From Anaerolineales bacterium (lineage in GTDB: Bacteria > Chloroflexota > Anaerolineae > Anaerolineales > RBG-16-64-43), in assembly GCA_034430775.1 (NCBI GenBank), contig DAOUDU010000203.1, forward strand, positions 12,066 through 76,065: a stretch of DNA of 64,000 nucleotides, read 5' to 3'. Numbering within the stretch: the first letter of the stretch is position 1; the number at the start of each line of letters is the position of its first letter. The position numbers were made by a program, and so were the translations under genes. The notes under the pieces are model-generated. The model did no database searches. It worked only from the letters and a program-made list of their open reading frames with translations, and was not told where the DNA came from. Shown piece by piece: positions 7,184 through 16,552 of the stretch.

Positions 7184-9952
7184 TTACTCCGCTGTGGGTT
7201 CCACGATTTGCATCTCCTCCCAATTTTCCCCCTGTTTGGCGTCGGCAATCAGCGGCACGCTGAGCGACAGGACGCCTTCCATGATCTGCCGCACGATTCG
7301 TGCCGCCCGCGGGATTTCCGACACGGGGCAGTCGAAGACCAGTTCGTCGTGCACCTGCAGGATCATCCGGGCATCCAGGCCGGCCTGTGCCAGCACATCC
7401 GGCAGCCGGATCATGGCGATCTTCATGATGTCGGCGGCCGAACCCTGGACCGGGGCGTTGATCGCTTCGCGCTCCGCGCGGTTGCGGGCATTCACATCCA
7501 ACCTTGCGGTCGGGCCGAGTTCCGGGAAATAACGGCGTCGGCCGAGCATGGTCTCCACAAAACCCTGCCGGGCGGCGAGGCGTTTGGTATTTTCCACAAA
7601 GTCACGAATGCCCGAAAACCGCTCGAAGTAGGTTTCGATGAATTTTGTCGATTCAGCCAGTGTCATCTCGGTGGAGCGGGTGAGGCCGAAGGCGGTCTGG
7701 CCGTAGAGCAGCCCGAAGTTGACCGCCTTGGCATGCCGTCGCATTGCGGGAGTAACCTCTGTCAGCGGCACGCCGTACACCGCCGCCGCCGTTGCGGCGT
7801 GGATATCCTCGCCGCGGCGGAAGGCTTCGGTCATGCCCGGGTCCTTTGCCATATGCGCCGCCAGGCGCAGCTCGATCTGGGAATAATCGATCGCAAGCAG
7901 CCGGCGGCCGGAAGAGCCGATGAACGCGCGGCGGATCCGCCGGCCCTCCTCGGTCCGGGTCGGGATGTTCTGTAGATTCGGATCCGAGGAGGAAACCCTT
8001 CCCGTGACGGTTCCGGTCTGGTTATAGGAGGTGTGCACGCGGCCGGTAACAGGGTTAATTTCATCGTGCAGCGAGATGACATACGTAGAAAGCAGTTTGG
8101 AAAGTTCGCGGTGCCTGCGGATCATCTCCACCACCGGATGCTGGCCGACCATGCTGTCGAGGACGTCCGCGGCGGTGGAATATTTTCCGGCCGCGGTTTT
8201 GCGCGTTTTATCCGGCGGCTGCAATTGCAGCTGGCCGAAGAGTGCATCCGCCAGCTGTTGGGTGGAATTAAGATTAAGGGGCCGGCCGACCAGCGCTTGC
8301 ACATCGGTTTCGATTTTCCGAAGTTCGGTTTGGAAATCGTCGCCCAATTTGGATAGGTACGACAGATCCAGGGCGATGCCTTCCTGCTCCATCGCGGCCA
8401 GGACCGGAATCAGCGGCATTTCCATTTCTTCGAACATCTTGGTCTGGCTGCGCTCTTCCAGTTCCTTCCGCAGCGGAGCGACCAGGCGCAACGTGACGTC
8501 CGCGTCGGCCGCGGCGTAGGGCGCCGCCTGGGTTGCGGGCACGCGGTCCATCGTGATCTGCTTCGCGCCTTTGCCGATCAGCGCCGCGATCGGAGTCATC
8601 TCCACTCCCAGTCGGACGAATCCGAGGTCCTTCAACCCGAGGCTGCGCGAAGCGGGATTGCACAGCCATTCGGCGATCATCGTATCGAACGCCGGCGCGG
8701 AGATCGGCAACCCGGCCCGGGCGAGGATCGTCAGGTCGTATTTGATGTTATGGCCGGCTTTTGGAATGCGGGGGTCGGCCAGTATCGCGCCGAGGCCCCT
8801 TTTCACTGCGCCAAGGTCAAGATTGGGGCCGTCTGCATGGCGCAACGGCAGATAGAAGCCTTCGCCCTCTGCAATGGAGAAGGACATCCCGACCAGTTCG
8901 GCGCGCATCGGATCGGTCGAGGTGGTCTCGGTATCCAGTGCCAGGACCGGCGCGCTGGAAATTTTCTCCACCAGGGCCGCCAGTTTTTCTTCATCATCGA
9001 TCAGATGCCAGCGGCCCGGTTCCGGGCGCGGTCTTGCCTCGGCGAACATTCCCAATTGAACGCCGGAGGCTTCCGGAGCGGGCAGGCGCGAGAGCAGGGT
9101 GCGGAACTCGAGAGTCTGGAACAACGCGGCGACTTCCGCGCGGACATACTGTCCCGCCCGGCAGGCCTCGAGCGCTATGTGCACCGGGGCGTTGGTTCGG
9201 ATGGTGGCCAGGTTGCGCGAGAGGAGCGCGCTTTCCCGCCCGGCTTCCAGCTTGGTGCGGTAGCGGGCCGGGATGTTTTCCATATTCTCGTAGATCGAAT
9301 CGAGCGAGCCGTATTGCTGGAGCAGCCCGGTCGCCGTCTTCTCGCCGACGCCCGGAACGCCGGGAATGTTATCGGATTTATCCCCGACCAGCGCTTTGTA
9401 ATCAATCAATTGGAGCGGCGGGAATCCCCACTCCTCCGTGAACCGGGCGGCATCGTAATCGGTGGAATCCGAGAGCGAGCGGCCCGGCAGGCGGACCGAG
9501 ACTTTGTCGTCGATGAGCTGCAAGAGATCGCGGTCGCCGCTGAGGATGAGCGTGTCGGTGCCTTCTGTGGCCGCCTGGCGCGCGACCGTGCCCAGCACGT
9601 CGTCGGCCTCGAAACCTTCGGCTTCCAGGACCGGGATGCGGAACGCGCGGACCACCTCGCGGATACGGTCGATTTGAGGCCGCAGGTCCTCGGGCATTTT
9701 GGCGCGTGTGGCTTTGTACTCGGGATATAAATCGTCGCGGAATGTGCGCCCGGTGTCGAAGGCGACCGCCAAGTACTGGGGTTTGTCTTTTTCCAGAAGC
9801 GATAGCAGGATGGAGGTAAAGCCGTATGTGCCCGCCGTCGGTTCACCCTGCGCCGTAATCCAGCGGCTGGCCTGCGTGCCGGCGGCGGTCAGGGCGAAGT
9901 AGGCGCGGTAGGCGAGGGCATGTCCGTCGAGCAGATAAATTTTAGGAGTCAT
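7184..9952 (-). CDS. polA: DNA polymerase I
   Basis: 5'-nuclease N-terminus (IYLLDGHALAYRAYFA). Family A motifs DYSQIELR, KAVNFGLLYG and QVHDELVF. Start set at ATG 9952 (MTPKIYLLDG); the track's 36-codon N-terminal extension lies inside the upstream gene. Confidence 0.95.
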   Translation of the reverse strand: MTPKIYLLDGHALAYRAYFALTAAGTQASRWITAQGEPTAGTYGFTSILLSLLEKDKPQYLAVAFDTGRTFRDDLYPEYKATRAKMPEDLRPQIDRIREVVRAFRIPVLEAEGFEADDVLGTVARQAATEGTDTLILSGDRDLLQLIDDKVSVRLPGRSLSDSTDYDAARFTEEWGFPPLQLIDYKALVGDKSDNIPGVPGVGEKTATGLLQQYGSLDSIYENMENIPARYRTKLEAGRESALLSRNLATIRTNAPVHIALEACRAGQYVRAEVAALFQTLEFRTLLSRLPAPEASGVQLGMFAEARPRPEPGRWHLIDDEEKLAALVEKISSAPVLALDTETTSTDPMRAELVGMSFSIAEGEGFYLPLRHADGPNLDLGAVKRGLGAILADPRIPKAGHNIKYDLTILARAGLPISAPAFDTMIAEWLCNPASRSLGLKDLGFVRLGVEMTPIAALIGKGAKQITMDRVPATQAAPYAAADADVTLRLVAPLRKELEERSQTKMFEEMEMPLIPVLAAMEQEGIALDLSYLSKLGDDFQTELRKIETDVQALVGRPLNLNSTQQLADALFGQLQLQPPDKTRKTAAGKYSTAADVLDSMVGQHPVVEMIRRHRELSKLLSTYVISLHDEINPVTGRVHTSYNQTGTVTGRVSSSDPNLQNIPTRTEEGRRIRRAFIGSSGRRLLAIDYSQIELRLAAHMAKDPGMTEAFRRGEDIHAATAAAVYGVPLTEVTPAMRRHAKAVNFGLLYGQTAFGLTRSTEMTLAESTKFIETYFERFSGIRDFVENTKRLAARQGFVETMLGRRRYFPELGPTARLDVNARNRAEREAINAPVQGSAADIMKIAMIRLPDVLAQAGLDARMILQVHDELVFDCPVSEIPRAARIVRQIMEGVLSLSVPLIADAKQGENWEEMQIVEPTAE

Positions 9953-11024
9953 GGTCTTCCGTGGAATCCTGCCGGGGCTTGGCCTGCCGGGCACTCCGGA
10001 GTTCATCGGTGATGCTCCGCGGTTTGGTGATCTCGCCGGTGCGGGGCTTGCCTGAGGCAATTTCGCCGGTCCGGGGTTTTATCCCGAGAAGCTCGCCGGT
10101 CCTGCGCAGCAGACCGCCCAGATCCCCGGTCCGGGGTTTGGTCGCCCCCAATTCTCCGGTCTTGCGGCGGCCGGCGGCGAGTTCGGCCGCGGTTTTTTGA
10201 AAGGAGCCGGTGGCCGGCGGCTTATCCAACGCTTTTTCGAAAGTTTTCGCCCTGCGGCGGGCGGCCGAAACCGACGTTTTGCGGTCGAAGAGCAGCGTCA
10301 GATCGTAATTCATGGCGATCGAGAGGGAATAAAGAAAAATCTCCTCGTCGTCCGGCGGGATGCGCACATATTGCATCACGGTGCCGCCGGGTGTGACCGA
10401 CCAGATATCGGCCACGCGCCGGGCGAGGAGAGAGAGTTTTTCGTGTGAAAGCGCGCCGGCGCCGGCGTGCAGTTCGGCGCCGCGCGTAATCAGGCATGCC
10501 ATCACCGAATTCTCGGCGGCCAGATGCTCCAGCCAGGCGCTGGCCCGCCCGGGGTTCTCCAGCCACGGGACCGACCGCGTGGATTTTTTCGGCGGCGGCG
10601 GTTTCAGAATGTCCATATCGGATTCTTCCGGTTCTTGGGCGTTGATCTCCGCCAGCGAAGGCGCTTCCACGCCCAGCAGCCCGGCGATGTGGGGAACAAG
10701 ATCCGGAAGATAAAACGGCTTGGCCAACGCGCCTTGGAGGCCCAACGTGCCGATGACCGGATTGTCGGCGTTGTTATCGGGCGGAATGCCGAGCAGGATC
10801 ATCTCCGGGCGGATCTTCTGGAATACGCGAATCAGATCCTCCGCCGGTCCGTCGGGCAGGCGGAAATCGATGATGGCCAGATCGATCGGTTTGCCCGAAG
10901 CGATTCGGAAAGCTTCCCGGCCGGTGAGCGCCAAAGTGCAGTCAAACCCCACCGCGGACAATGCCTGTTGCAGCATGGTGGCCAGGCCGGGATTGGCGTC
11001 GACGATTAAAATCGAATGCGGCAT
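9942..11024 (-). CDS. Response-regulator receiver protein with a Roadblock/LC7-like middle region and a KPRTGE-repeat tail
   Basis: Receiver motifs ILIVDAN, DLAIIDFRLPDG and ALAKP. C-terminal repeats RKTGEL/KPRTGDL/RRTGEL/KPRTGEI/KPRTGEI. The Roadblock assignment is by eye only. Confidence 0.7.
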   Translation of the reverse strand: MPHSILIVDANPGLATMLQQALSAVGFDCTLALTGREAFRIASGKPIDLAIIDFRLPDGPAEDLIRVFQKIRPEMILLGIPPDNNADNPVIGTLGLQGALAKPFYLPDLVPHIAGLLGVEAPSLAEINAQEPEESDMDILKPPPPKKSTRSVPWLENPGRASAWLEHLAAENSVMACLITRGAELHAGAGALSHEKLSLLARRVADIWSVTPGGTVMQYVRIPPDDEEIFLYSLSIAMNYDLTLLFDRKTSVSAARRRAKTFEKALDKPPATGSFQKTAAELAAGRRKTGELGATKPRTGDLGGLLRRTGELLGIKPRTGEIASGKPRTGEITKPRSITDELRSARQAKPRQDSTEDHDS

Positions 11025-11135
11025 GGGGTAAGTGTAGCATAGAGAGCCGCTTCCAACCGGGAACAGGGTACTGCGGGGTTAACGGCCCGCGGCGCCGGAA
11101 AGGCGCCGCGGGTGCAAAAGGGGGTTGTTCGCGTG

Positions 11136-11549
11136 CTACGCCGAAGCGGAGCCGCCGTTATCTTTGCCCGGACCCGAATGGTCTTCATTCTTGGTCAGGA
11201 TATGGATCAGGATCAACCCCAGGCCGAAGAACAACGGGATGAAAGCCCCGATCATCCACGGACCCAGGCCGAGTGGGTAAGTGGAATTAATTCCCAACGG
11301 CCACAAACCGACGGTCAGCGCCAGGCCGAGTGAAGCGATTACCACGCCCCAGCGCAGGGCGCCTTTTCCGTTGCCGCCCTTCTCCATTTGCCCATTTTCC
11401 GGTTTCAAGAACCCTTTTTCCGCCAGGGCCAGCTTCTCCCGGAATTGCAGATACCGCCAAACGGCGAGGAAGGTGAACAAGATGATGAAGAAAAGGAGGC
11501 CGCAGCAGAACGGGTAAATCATGAAGGAAACGTCCGAACCGGTGTACAT
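11136..11549 (-). CDS. Hypothetical polytopic membrane protein
   Basis: 137 aa with 3 hydrophobic helices. AAGGAG RBS before ATG 11549. Lies downstream of the DUF4097 gene. Confidence 0.55.
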   Translation of the reverse strand: MYTGSDVSFMIYPFCCGLLFFIILFTFLAVWRYLQFREKLALAEKGFLKPENGQMEKGGNGKGALRWGVVIASLGLALTVGLWPLGINSTYPLGLGPWMIGAFIPLFFGLGLILIHILTKNEDHSGPGKDNGGSASA

Positions 11550-11639
11550 GGTATTTCTCCTTGAGCGGTGGATGGTAAGACGAATGATTTCATCCAGGCG
11601 GCCGTGTTGGAAACGGCCGCTTGAATGATACCTTGATAC

Positions 11640-12953
11640 CTACTCGGCGGATTGCGGCTGTACGTTGATGCTTCCGCTGTTGGTGGAGGCTTGGAGCAGC
11701 GGTCCACCGTCGCCCACCTTGCCCACCAGATGCGTGGAATCATTCCGATTGGAGGTGACAGGAAAGCCGCAATCCACGTCGCCGAAGTTCGTCGAGAGGT
11801 CGAGTTGGAATTGCGCGCCTTCCGGCAATCGGATGCGGATATCGCCGAAGTTGGTGTGCAGGACGCTGGTTCCCGCTCCAAGCGATCCGGTGAATTCGAT
11901 CGATCCGCTGCTGGTGGAGAGGTCGAGGATTACATCCGTCCCGCGGATATTGATATCGCCGAAACCGGACCGGGCTTTTACCCGCCCCTGCGTATCCTCG
12001 GCCGTCACTTTTCCGGCGTTGGTATCCAGGTCGTAACTTTCCGCCGTGGTGTTGAGCACCTCGACGTCGCCGAAGTCGCTGTGGGCGGTCAGCACTTCCG
12101 CCAACTCCAGATTTTGGAGGGTGACATTGCCGCTGTTGGTGCGGGCGTCGACGGAGCGGGCTTTCAGTCCGGTTGCGTCGACATCGCCGAAGCTGGAGGA
12201 AAGATCCGCCCGGCCGCTGAAGGCCGAATCTTCCACGGTGACTTCGCCCGAACTGGATTTCGCGTTCAGGGATTGGCCCTCCGTATTCAGGACCTCAACG
12301 TCGCCAAAGCTGCTCGACGCTTCCACGGTTTCCTCCCCGGCGCGACCATTCTTGACCGATACATCGCCAGAACTGGTCTCGGCGGTGATTTTTCCGCTGA
12401 CGTTCTCCACCGTCACATCGCCAAAACTCGAATGCAGGTTGGCCTCGCCGGTCGTCCCGTTCAAGCGCAGGTTGCCGCTCGAAGCGGTGGCTTTCACCGA
12501 GCATTCCACCGGTACGGTCACGGTGAAATCGACCGAGATACCGGCCGGCCCGATGTGCAGGATATCCACCTGCACCGGCTGGTCCACGGTAACCGTTACG
12601 GAATTCCCGTCCTGATGGAGGACGATTTTGACCTTCCCCAGCAATTCCTCCGCCGCCTTTTGGTCGGCGCCCCATGCATATTTGTGGGCGCTGATCAGAA
12701 TCTCCCGGCTTCCTTCCACGGCGCTGACATCCACTTTCCCGAACGGGGTGTCGATCGTAAGGTCGGCCGGCCCATCCACCGCAGCCCGCAGTTCTTCCAC
12801 GGAATCGGCACTGATATTCCGCGAGGATAGGAGATTCCACTGAAACCCTCCGGAAAAAACCCGGCCGGCGACCGGGACAAAAGCAATGATCGATCCCAGG
12901 CAGATAGCCGCCAGGGAAATACCCAAAATCGCGACGATGGACCACTTTTTCAT
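11640..12953 (-). CDS. DUF4097-family beta-strand repeat protein (putative adhesin-like), N-terminally anchored
   Basis: Iterated SSGDVSV/SFGDVEV/SSGEVTV/NSGNVTL strands. Start set at ATG 12953 (MKKWSIV) with a GGAGGA RBS instead of the TTG at 12974. Confidence 0.8.
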   Translation of the reverse strand: MKKWSIVAILGISLAAICLGSIIAFVPVAGRVFSGGFQWNLLSSRNISADSVEELRAAVDGPADLTIDTPFGKVDVSAVEGSREILISAHKYAWGADQKAAEELLGKVKIVLHQDGNSVTVTVDQPVQVDILHIGPAGISVDFTVTVPVECSVKATASSGNLRLNGTTGEANLHSSFGDVTVENVSGKITAETSSGDVSVKNGRAGEETVEASSSFGDVEVLNTEGQSLNAKSSSGEVTVEDSAFSGRADLSSSFGDVDATGLKARSVDARTNSGNVTLQNLELAEVLTAHSDFGDVEVLNTTAESYDLDTNAGKVTAEDTQGRVKARSGFGDINIRGTDVILDLSTSSGSIEFTGSLGAGTSVLHTNFGDIRIRLPEGAQFQLDLSTNFGDVDCGFPVTSNRNDSTHLVGKVGDGGPLLQASTNSGSINVQPQSAE

Positions 12954-13134
12954 TGGTTTATCCTCCGAGTACAATGGTTTTATAAATGTTGTTCATTTCA
13001 CTGAGTTTGACCGGTCTCCCACTGGAAAGTTTCATGGGGAGGGTCGGGTAAACCCCACAGAACAAATATTCGCATCCAGAATCTGTAACTTATCCCGGGA
13101 AAGCCGGTCTAACACTTTAAAGGGTTGGTTCGCG

Positions 13135-13692
13135 TTGGAAAATGAAGCGGAGATCGTGGCTCGGGCGCAAGCCGGAGATAGCGGAGCGTTTGAGATGCTG
13201 GTACTTGAGCATCAGACGTATGTATTTAACCTGGCCTACCGCGTGCTCGGGAACGAGCAGGAGGCCGAGGACACGGCGCAGGAAGCTTTCGTCCGGGCGT
13301 GGCAGTCGCTTCCGAAGTTCCGGGCGCAGGCCCGGTTCAGCACGTGGATGTACCGGATCGTTACCAATCTGTGCTATAACCGCCTGCCAAAGCTGCGACG
13401 CGAACTATCCGCGATCGGCGAGGATGAGATCGAGGATCATGCGGATCTCCATACCGGAAAACCGGGAGACGGATTGGAAGCCGCCGAACGCCGGGCCTGG
13501 CTTCACCGGCAGATCGAGGCGCTTCCGGAGGCCTACCGCCTGCTGGTCACACTGCGCTACCAGCGCAACCTGCCGTATGAGGAGATCGCATCGATCACCA
13601 GTCTGCCGATGGGTACGGTGAAGACGGGTCTGTTCCGCGCCAAGGAGCGATTGCGCTCGGCGCTTGTGACGTATGAGGAGGCTCGTATATGA
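13135..13692 (+). CDS. ECF-type sigma-70 family RNA polymerase sigma factor
   Basis: Region 2 (AFEMLVLEHQTYVFNLAYRVLGNEQEAEDTAQEAFVRAW, FSTWMYRIVTN) and region 4 (YEEIASITSLPMGTVKTGLFRAKERL). The start is uncertain: TTG 13135 or GTG 13156. The track ORF start at 12886 overlaps the DUF4097 gene. Confidence 0.85.
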   Translation: MENEAEIVARAQAGDSGAFEMLVLEHQTYVFNLAYRVLGNEQEAEDTAQEAFVRAWQSLPKFRAQARFSTWMYRIVTNLCYNRLPKLRRELSAIGEDEIEDHADLHTGKPGDGLEAAERRAWLHRQIEALPEAYRLLVTLRYQRNLPYEEIASITSLPMGTVKTGLFRAKERLRSALVTYEEARI

Positions 13693-14084
13693 ATCCATCC
13701 GATACCAACCGCCTGATGCTGACAGTCGAGGATGCGCTGCGAACCATGCCTGTTGCGCCCGCACCGGCCGCCCTGCGATCCCGGGTCATGCGCCGCGTGC
13801 GTTCGCAAATGGGCGTGCCGAAGTTCGCATTCCCCTGGCTGGAAGCCGCCATCAGCCTGATGCTATCCACAATGATCGCCTTTATGGGCTCCTTGATCCT
13901 GGAGCTTCCCCCGGCGACTCTGGTGCGCCTGCAGCAGATGGCGCGGTACTTTTTCCTTATCCCGGCGAATCGGCCTGTCATCGCCGCGGCCGGGATCGGG
14001 ATGGGAATGCTCGTCGTATGCCTGATTTTCGCCGTGCGCATTCTCCGGCCCGGACGCCGTACGTCGGGGATCCTTCGCCGGTAG
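13689..14084 (+). CDS. Putative anti-sigma factor (small membrane protein)
   Basis: ATGA overlap with the sigma gene stop. 131 aa with a cytoplasmic N-terminus and two TM helices. No zinc-finger motif, so the call rests on position only. Confidence 0.5.
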   Translation: MNPSDTNRLMLTVEDALRTMPVAPAPAALRSRVMRRVRSQMGVPKFAFPWLEAAISLMLSTMIAFMGSLILELPPATLVRLQQMARYFFLIPANRPVIAAAGIGMGMLVVCLIFAVRILRPGRRTSGILRR

Positions 14085-14222
14085 ACCGGGAGACTCCGGC
14101 CATCGACCAAAGGGAATAGTCCATGGCAGATGGTCTGACTGTCTATTGCGCAAAGCCCCATTCCATTAAGTTGATTATCCAGGAGAATGTGATCCTCCAC
14201 CCGCCGATGATATAATTTTCCC

Positions 14223-15107
14223 ATGTACCCTGAGAATCAAACCGATTGGGATGCTGGCGCGCCACGGCGCATCCTGGGAATGAAGATCTGGCAAGTTGCG
14301 CTGCTGGGTGGTATGGCGGTTATGGATTGCCTCGTCCTGGTTGTAGGGGCGGTGATCATCCTCGGTGCGATCCCGTCCACGCCTGGCAGCGGTTCAGTCG
14401 CCGGTGCTCCATCCACATCCACGCCCGTGGTGGTGCCCCTCGGGCCAACCCTCGCGCCATCCCCTTCCATAACTCCGATCACGATGGCGTTTCAATTCCC
14501 GACCTACACCCCGTACGGCACACCGGCCGAGACATTTACGCTCACCCCCTCGGTTACGGGATTGATGGACGGGTGGGTAAAATTCACCGTGCCGGAAATT
14601 GAAGTTTGGCTGCCGGGAAGTTTCGCCGCTGGGAAGCCGCAGACCGGGATCGATGCGATCATCGCTTCACTGAAGGGGAAAGGGGCGAATTTCAACTGGG
14701 ACGTGATCAAAGAGCAACTGGAATCCGTCCCCGACAATTATGTCATGTGGGCGATTGATTCCTACCAGGGCAATCCGGATGCCATCACCAATATCGCCTT
14801 CGTGTATGACGTTCCCAACCCCGGCGAACTGCTGGCGGATTACGCCACCCGCTTCGTCGGCGCGATGTCTGACAGCTTCGTGCTGATCGAACAAGCCAGC
14901 GCCCGGCATCCGGATTACGAAGCCGCGCTGGTCATCCTGGAATCCAAACCTGCCAGCGGGACTCCGGCCCGGATGGCGATCTATGCGCTGCGCGATCGGG
15001 ACCTGGTTTGGGTCATTATGTGCTTCACGGCGGCGGATGAGCTGGCCGGACGCCTCCCCGTCTTTAACCAGATCGTCGAAACCTTCCGGGTTCTGCAAGC
15101 CCCCTGA
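14223..15107 (+). CDS. Hypothetical N-terminally anchored extracytoplasmic protein
   Basis: 294 aa with a TM helix, a Pro/Thr/Ser linker and a globular domain. I recognise no family. Confidence 0.5.
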   Translation: MYPENQTDWDAGAPRRILGMKIWQVALLGGMAVMDCLVLVVGAVIILGAIPSTPGSGSVAGAPSTSTPVVVPLGPTLAPSPSITPITMAFQFPTYTPYGTPAETFTLTPSVTGLMDGWVKFTVPEIEVWLPGSFAAGKPQTGIDAIIASLKGKGANFNWDVIKEQLESVPDNYVMWAIDSYQGNPDAITNIAFVYDVPNPGELLADYATRFVGAMSDSFVLIEQASARHPDYEAALVILESKPASGTPARMAIYALRDRDLVWVIMCFTAADELAGRLPVFNQIVETFRVLQAP

Positions 15108-15257
15108 AAGACCTTCCCCCCTGCGACCGCCGCCCGCCTTCGGGTGCCCGAACCGATCCGCGGCGGCGGAATTGCTTTAATCCATTATTGCCTTTAATAT
15201 TATTTATGCGTTTACCATCCGGTCCGGCTTCGGCGCGGACCGCGGGGAGGGAAGCCC

Positions 15258-15680
15258 ATGGGTGAATCGGTATCCCGGATTCTAGGATTGAAGAAGCAGC
15301 CGGCAAGCGCGCTGGAAATGGCGCTGGTTATACAAAAGGGGTTACCGGCCCTGTCACTGGCGCATGTGTGCGACCGCTTCTCGCTGGAGGAAGGCCGGTT
15401 GGCGGGAATTCTTGGATTGTCGTCCGGCTCGATCCGGCGCCTGCGGAAAGTCCCGAAGCGGAAACTTTCCCCCGCCGTCTCCGACCGGCTGTACCGGGTG
15501 GCGGATCTGTTCCTCCTGGCGTTCAATGTTCTGGAGGATGAAGGCGCGGCCCGGGATTGGCTGCTGACGCCGCAGCCGGGGCTGGGCAACCGCATCCCCT
15601 GCGATCTGATGGGGATGGAGACCAGCGCTCGTGAGGTGGAGGATCTCCTCCTGCGGGTGGACCAGGGAGTGCTTGTATGA
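15258..15680 (+). CDS. Type II antitoxin, Xre/MbcA/ParS-like toxin-binding domain (DUF2384)
   Basis: 140 aa. The C-terminal RDWLLTPQPGLGNRIPCDLMGMETSAREVEDLLLRVDQGV is typical of DUF2384 antitoxins. 4-nt overlap with the RES gene. Confidence 0.85.
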   Translation: MGESVSRILGLKKQPASALEMALVIQKGLPALSLAHVCDRFSLEEGRLAGILGLSSGSIRRLRKVPKRKLSPAVSDRLYRVADLFLLAFNVLEDEGAARDWLLTPQPGLGNRIPCDLMGMETSAREVEDLLLRVDQGVLV

Positions 15681-16123
15681 TGGTGGCGTGGCGGCTGCTT
15701 CCCAAGCGTCACCAGGGGGAAGCCTTCAGCGGCGAGGGCGCCCGCATTGCCGCGGGCCGGTGGAATGCGCGCGGAACCCGTGCAATCTACCTGAGCGGTT
15801 CGCTTTCCCTGGCGGCGCTGGAGATGATGGTCTATGCCGGGCGGGCGGCCCTTTCGATACCGCTTTCCTGTTTCCGGGTTGAGATCCCCGACGGCATTAC
15901 CGTTGACTTTCTCGCGCCGGAAAAGCTGCCGACCAATTGGCGGCAGCAGCCCGCTCCGGAAAGCACCCGCCGCTTGGGATCGGAATGGATCGCGCGCGGG
16001 ACAGCCCTCGGCCTGCGTGTTCCCTCGGTTCTGATATCCGAGGAATGGAACCTGCTGCTTAACCCCGCACATCCGGATTTCAAACGGATAAAAATCTCCA
16101 AACCGCAGATCCTCCGTTTTTAA
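15677..16123 (+). CDS. RES-domain toxin (NAD+-targeting family)
   Basis: 148 aa. GEGARIAAGRWNARGTRAIYLSGSLSLAALE carries the ordered R...E...S signature region. Paired with the DUF2384 antitoxin. Confidence 0.85.
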   Translation: MMVAWRLLPKRHQGEAFSGEGARIAAGRWNARGTRAIYLSGSLSLAALEMMVYAGRAALSIPLSCFRVEIPDGITVDFLAPEKLPTNWRQQPAPESTRRLGSEWIARGTALGLRVPSVLISEEWNLLLNPAHPDFKRIKISKPQILRF

Positions 16124-16502
16124 GCGAATACTGTCGCGGGGGAACCCGCCATTCAGGACAAGCACGTGCTGGCGCATCCGGGTAACCCTGCTCCGATGGT
16201 AAGTACCATTAAAAACCCCAAACTTGCACCTCGTGCTTTAATTATTATGCCGTCATTGCCCAGGTCGGGAAAAGCGTACACGGCTTACCCCGCTCACGCT
16301 TCGCACTCTCGGACATCCCGCCCCGGTTGGGAGCCTGTCCTGAGCGAAGCGAAGGATGGGCCGGGGGCATCGGGAAAAGCCGATTACACGGATTCTAAAT
16401 TTATTTATTTTCCGGTGTTTCGGTATACCAGAAGGTGAACAAGGGCTGAGCCATTGCGGTGGGCCTTTCTTTTCGATTTTTCCGCCCGCAGGGAAGGGGA
16501 AC

Positions 16503-16532
16503 TTGACAAATAGATGGTTGTCTATATATAAT
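16503..16532 (+). promoter_or_regulatory. Candidate arsR promoter with an embedded ATAGA-N9-TCTAT dyad
   Basis: TTGACA at 16503-16508 and TATAAT at 16527-16532, an 18-nt spacer. The spacer contains the dyad ATAGATGGTTGTCTAT. Confidence 0.4.
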
Positions 16533-16552
16533 AAGGTGGAAGGAATGGAATC

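Noticed and set aside
7155-7248. N-terminal extensions of track ORFs (starts at 7248, 10060, 12974, 25706, 38337, 38852, 40518, 48671, 58734, 17092, 17982, 28160 and others)
   Set aside because: The extensions overlap the preceding gene or lack an RBS. Internal ATG/GTG starts give a signal peptide or conserved N-terminus, an RBS, and non-overlapping or 4-nt-coupled gene arrangements.
11652-12830. 392-aa plus-strand ORF
   Set aside because: Antisense to the DUF4097 repeat gene. No domain signature. The minus-strand protein has clear repeat architecture and an RBS.
13142-13621. 159-aa ORF in an alternative frame within the ECF sigma gene
   Set aside because: It is out of frame with the sigma region 2/4 motifs. 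Arg-rich nonsense composition.
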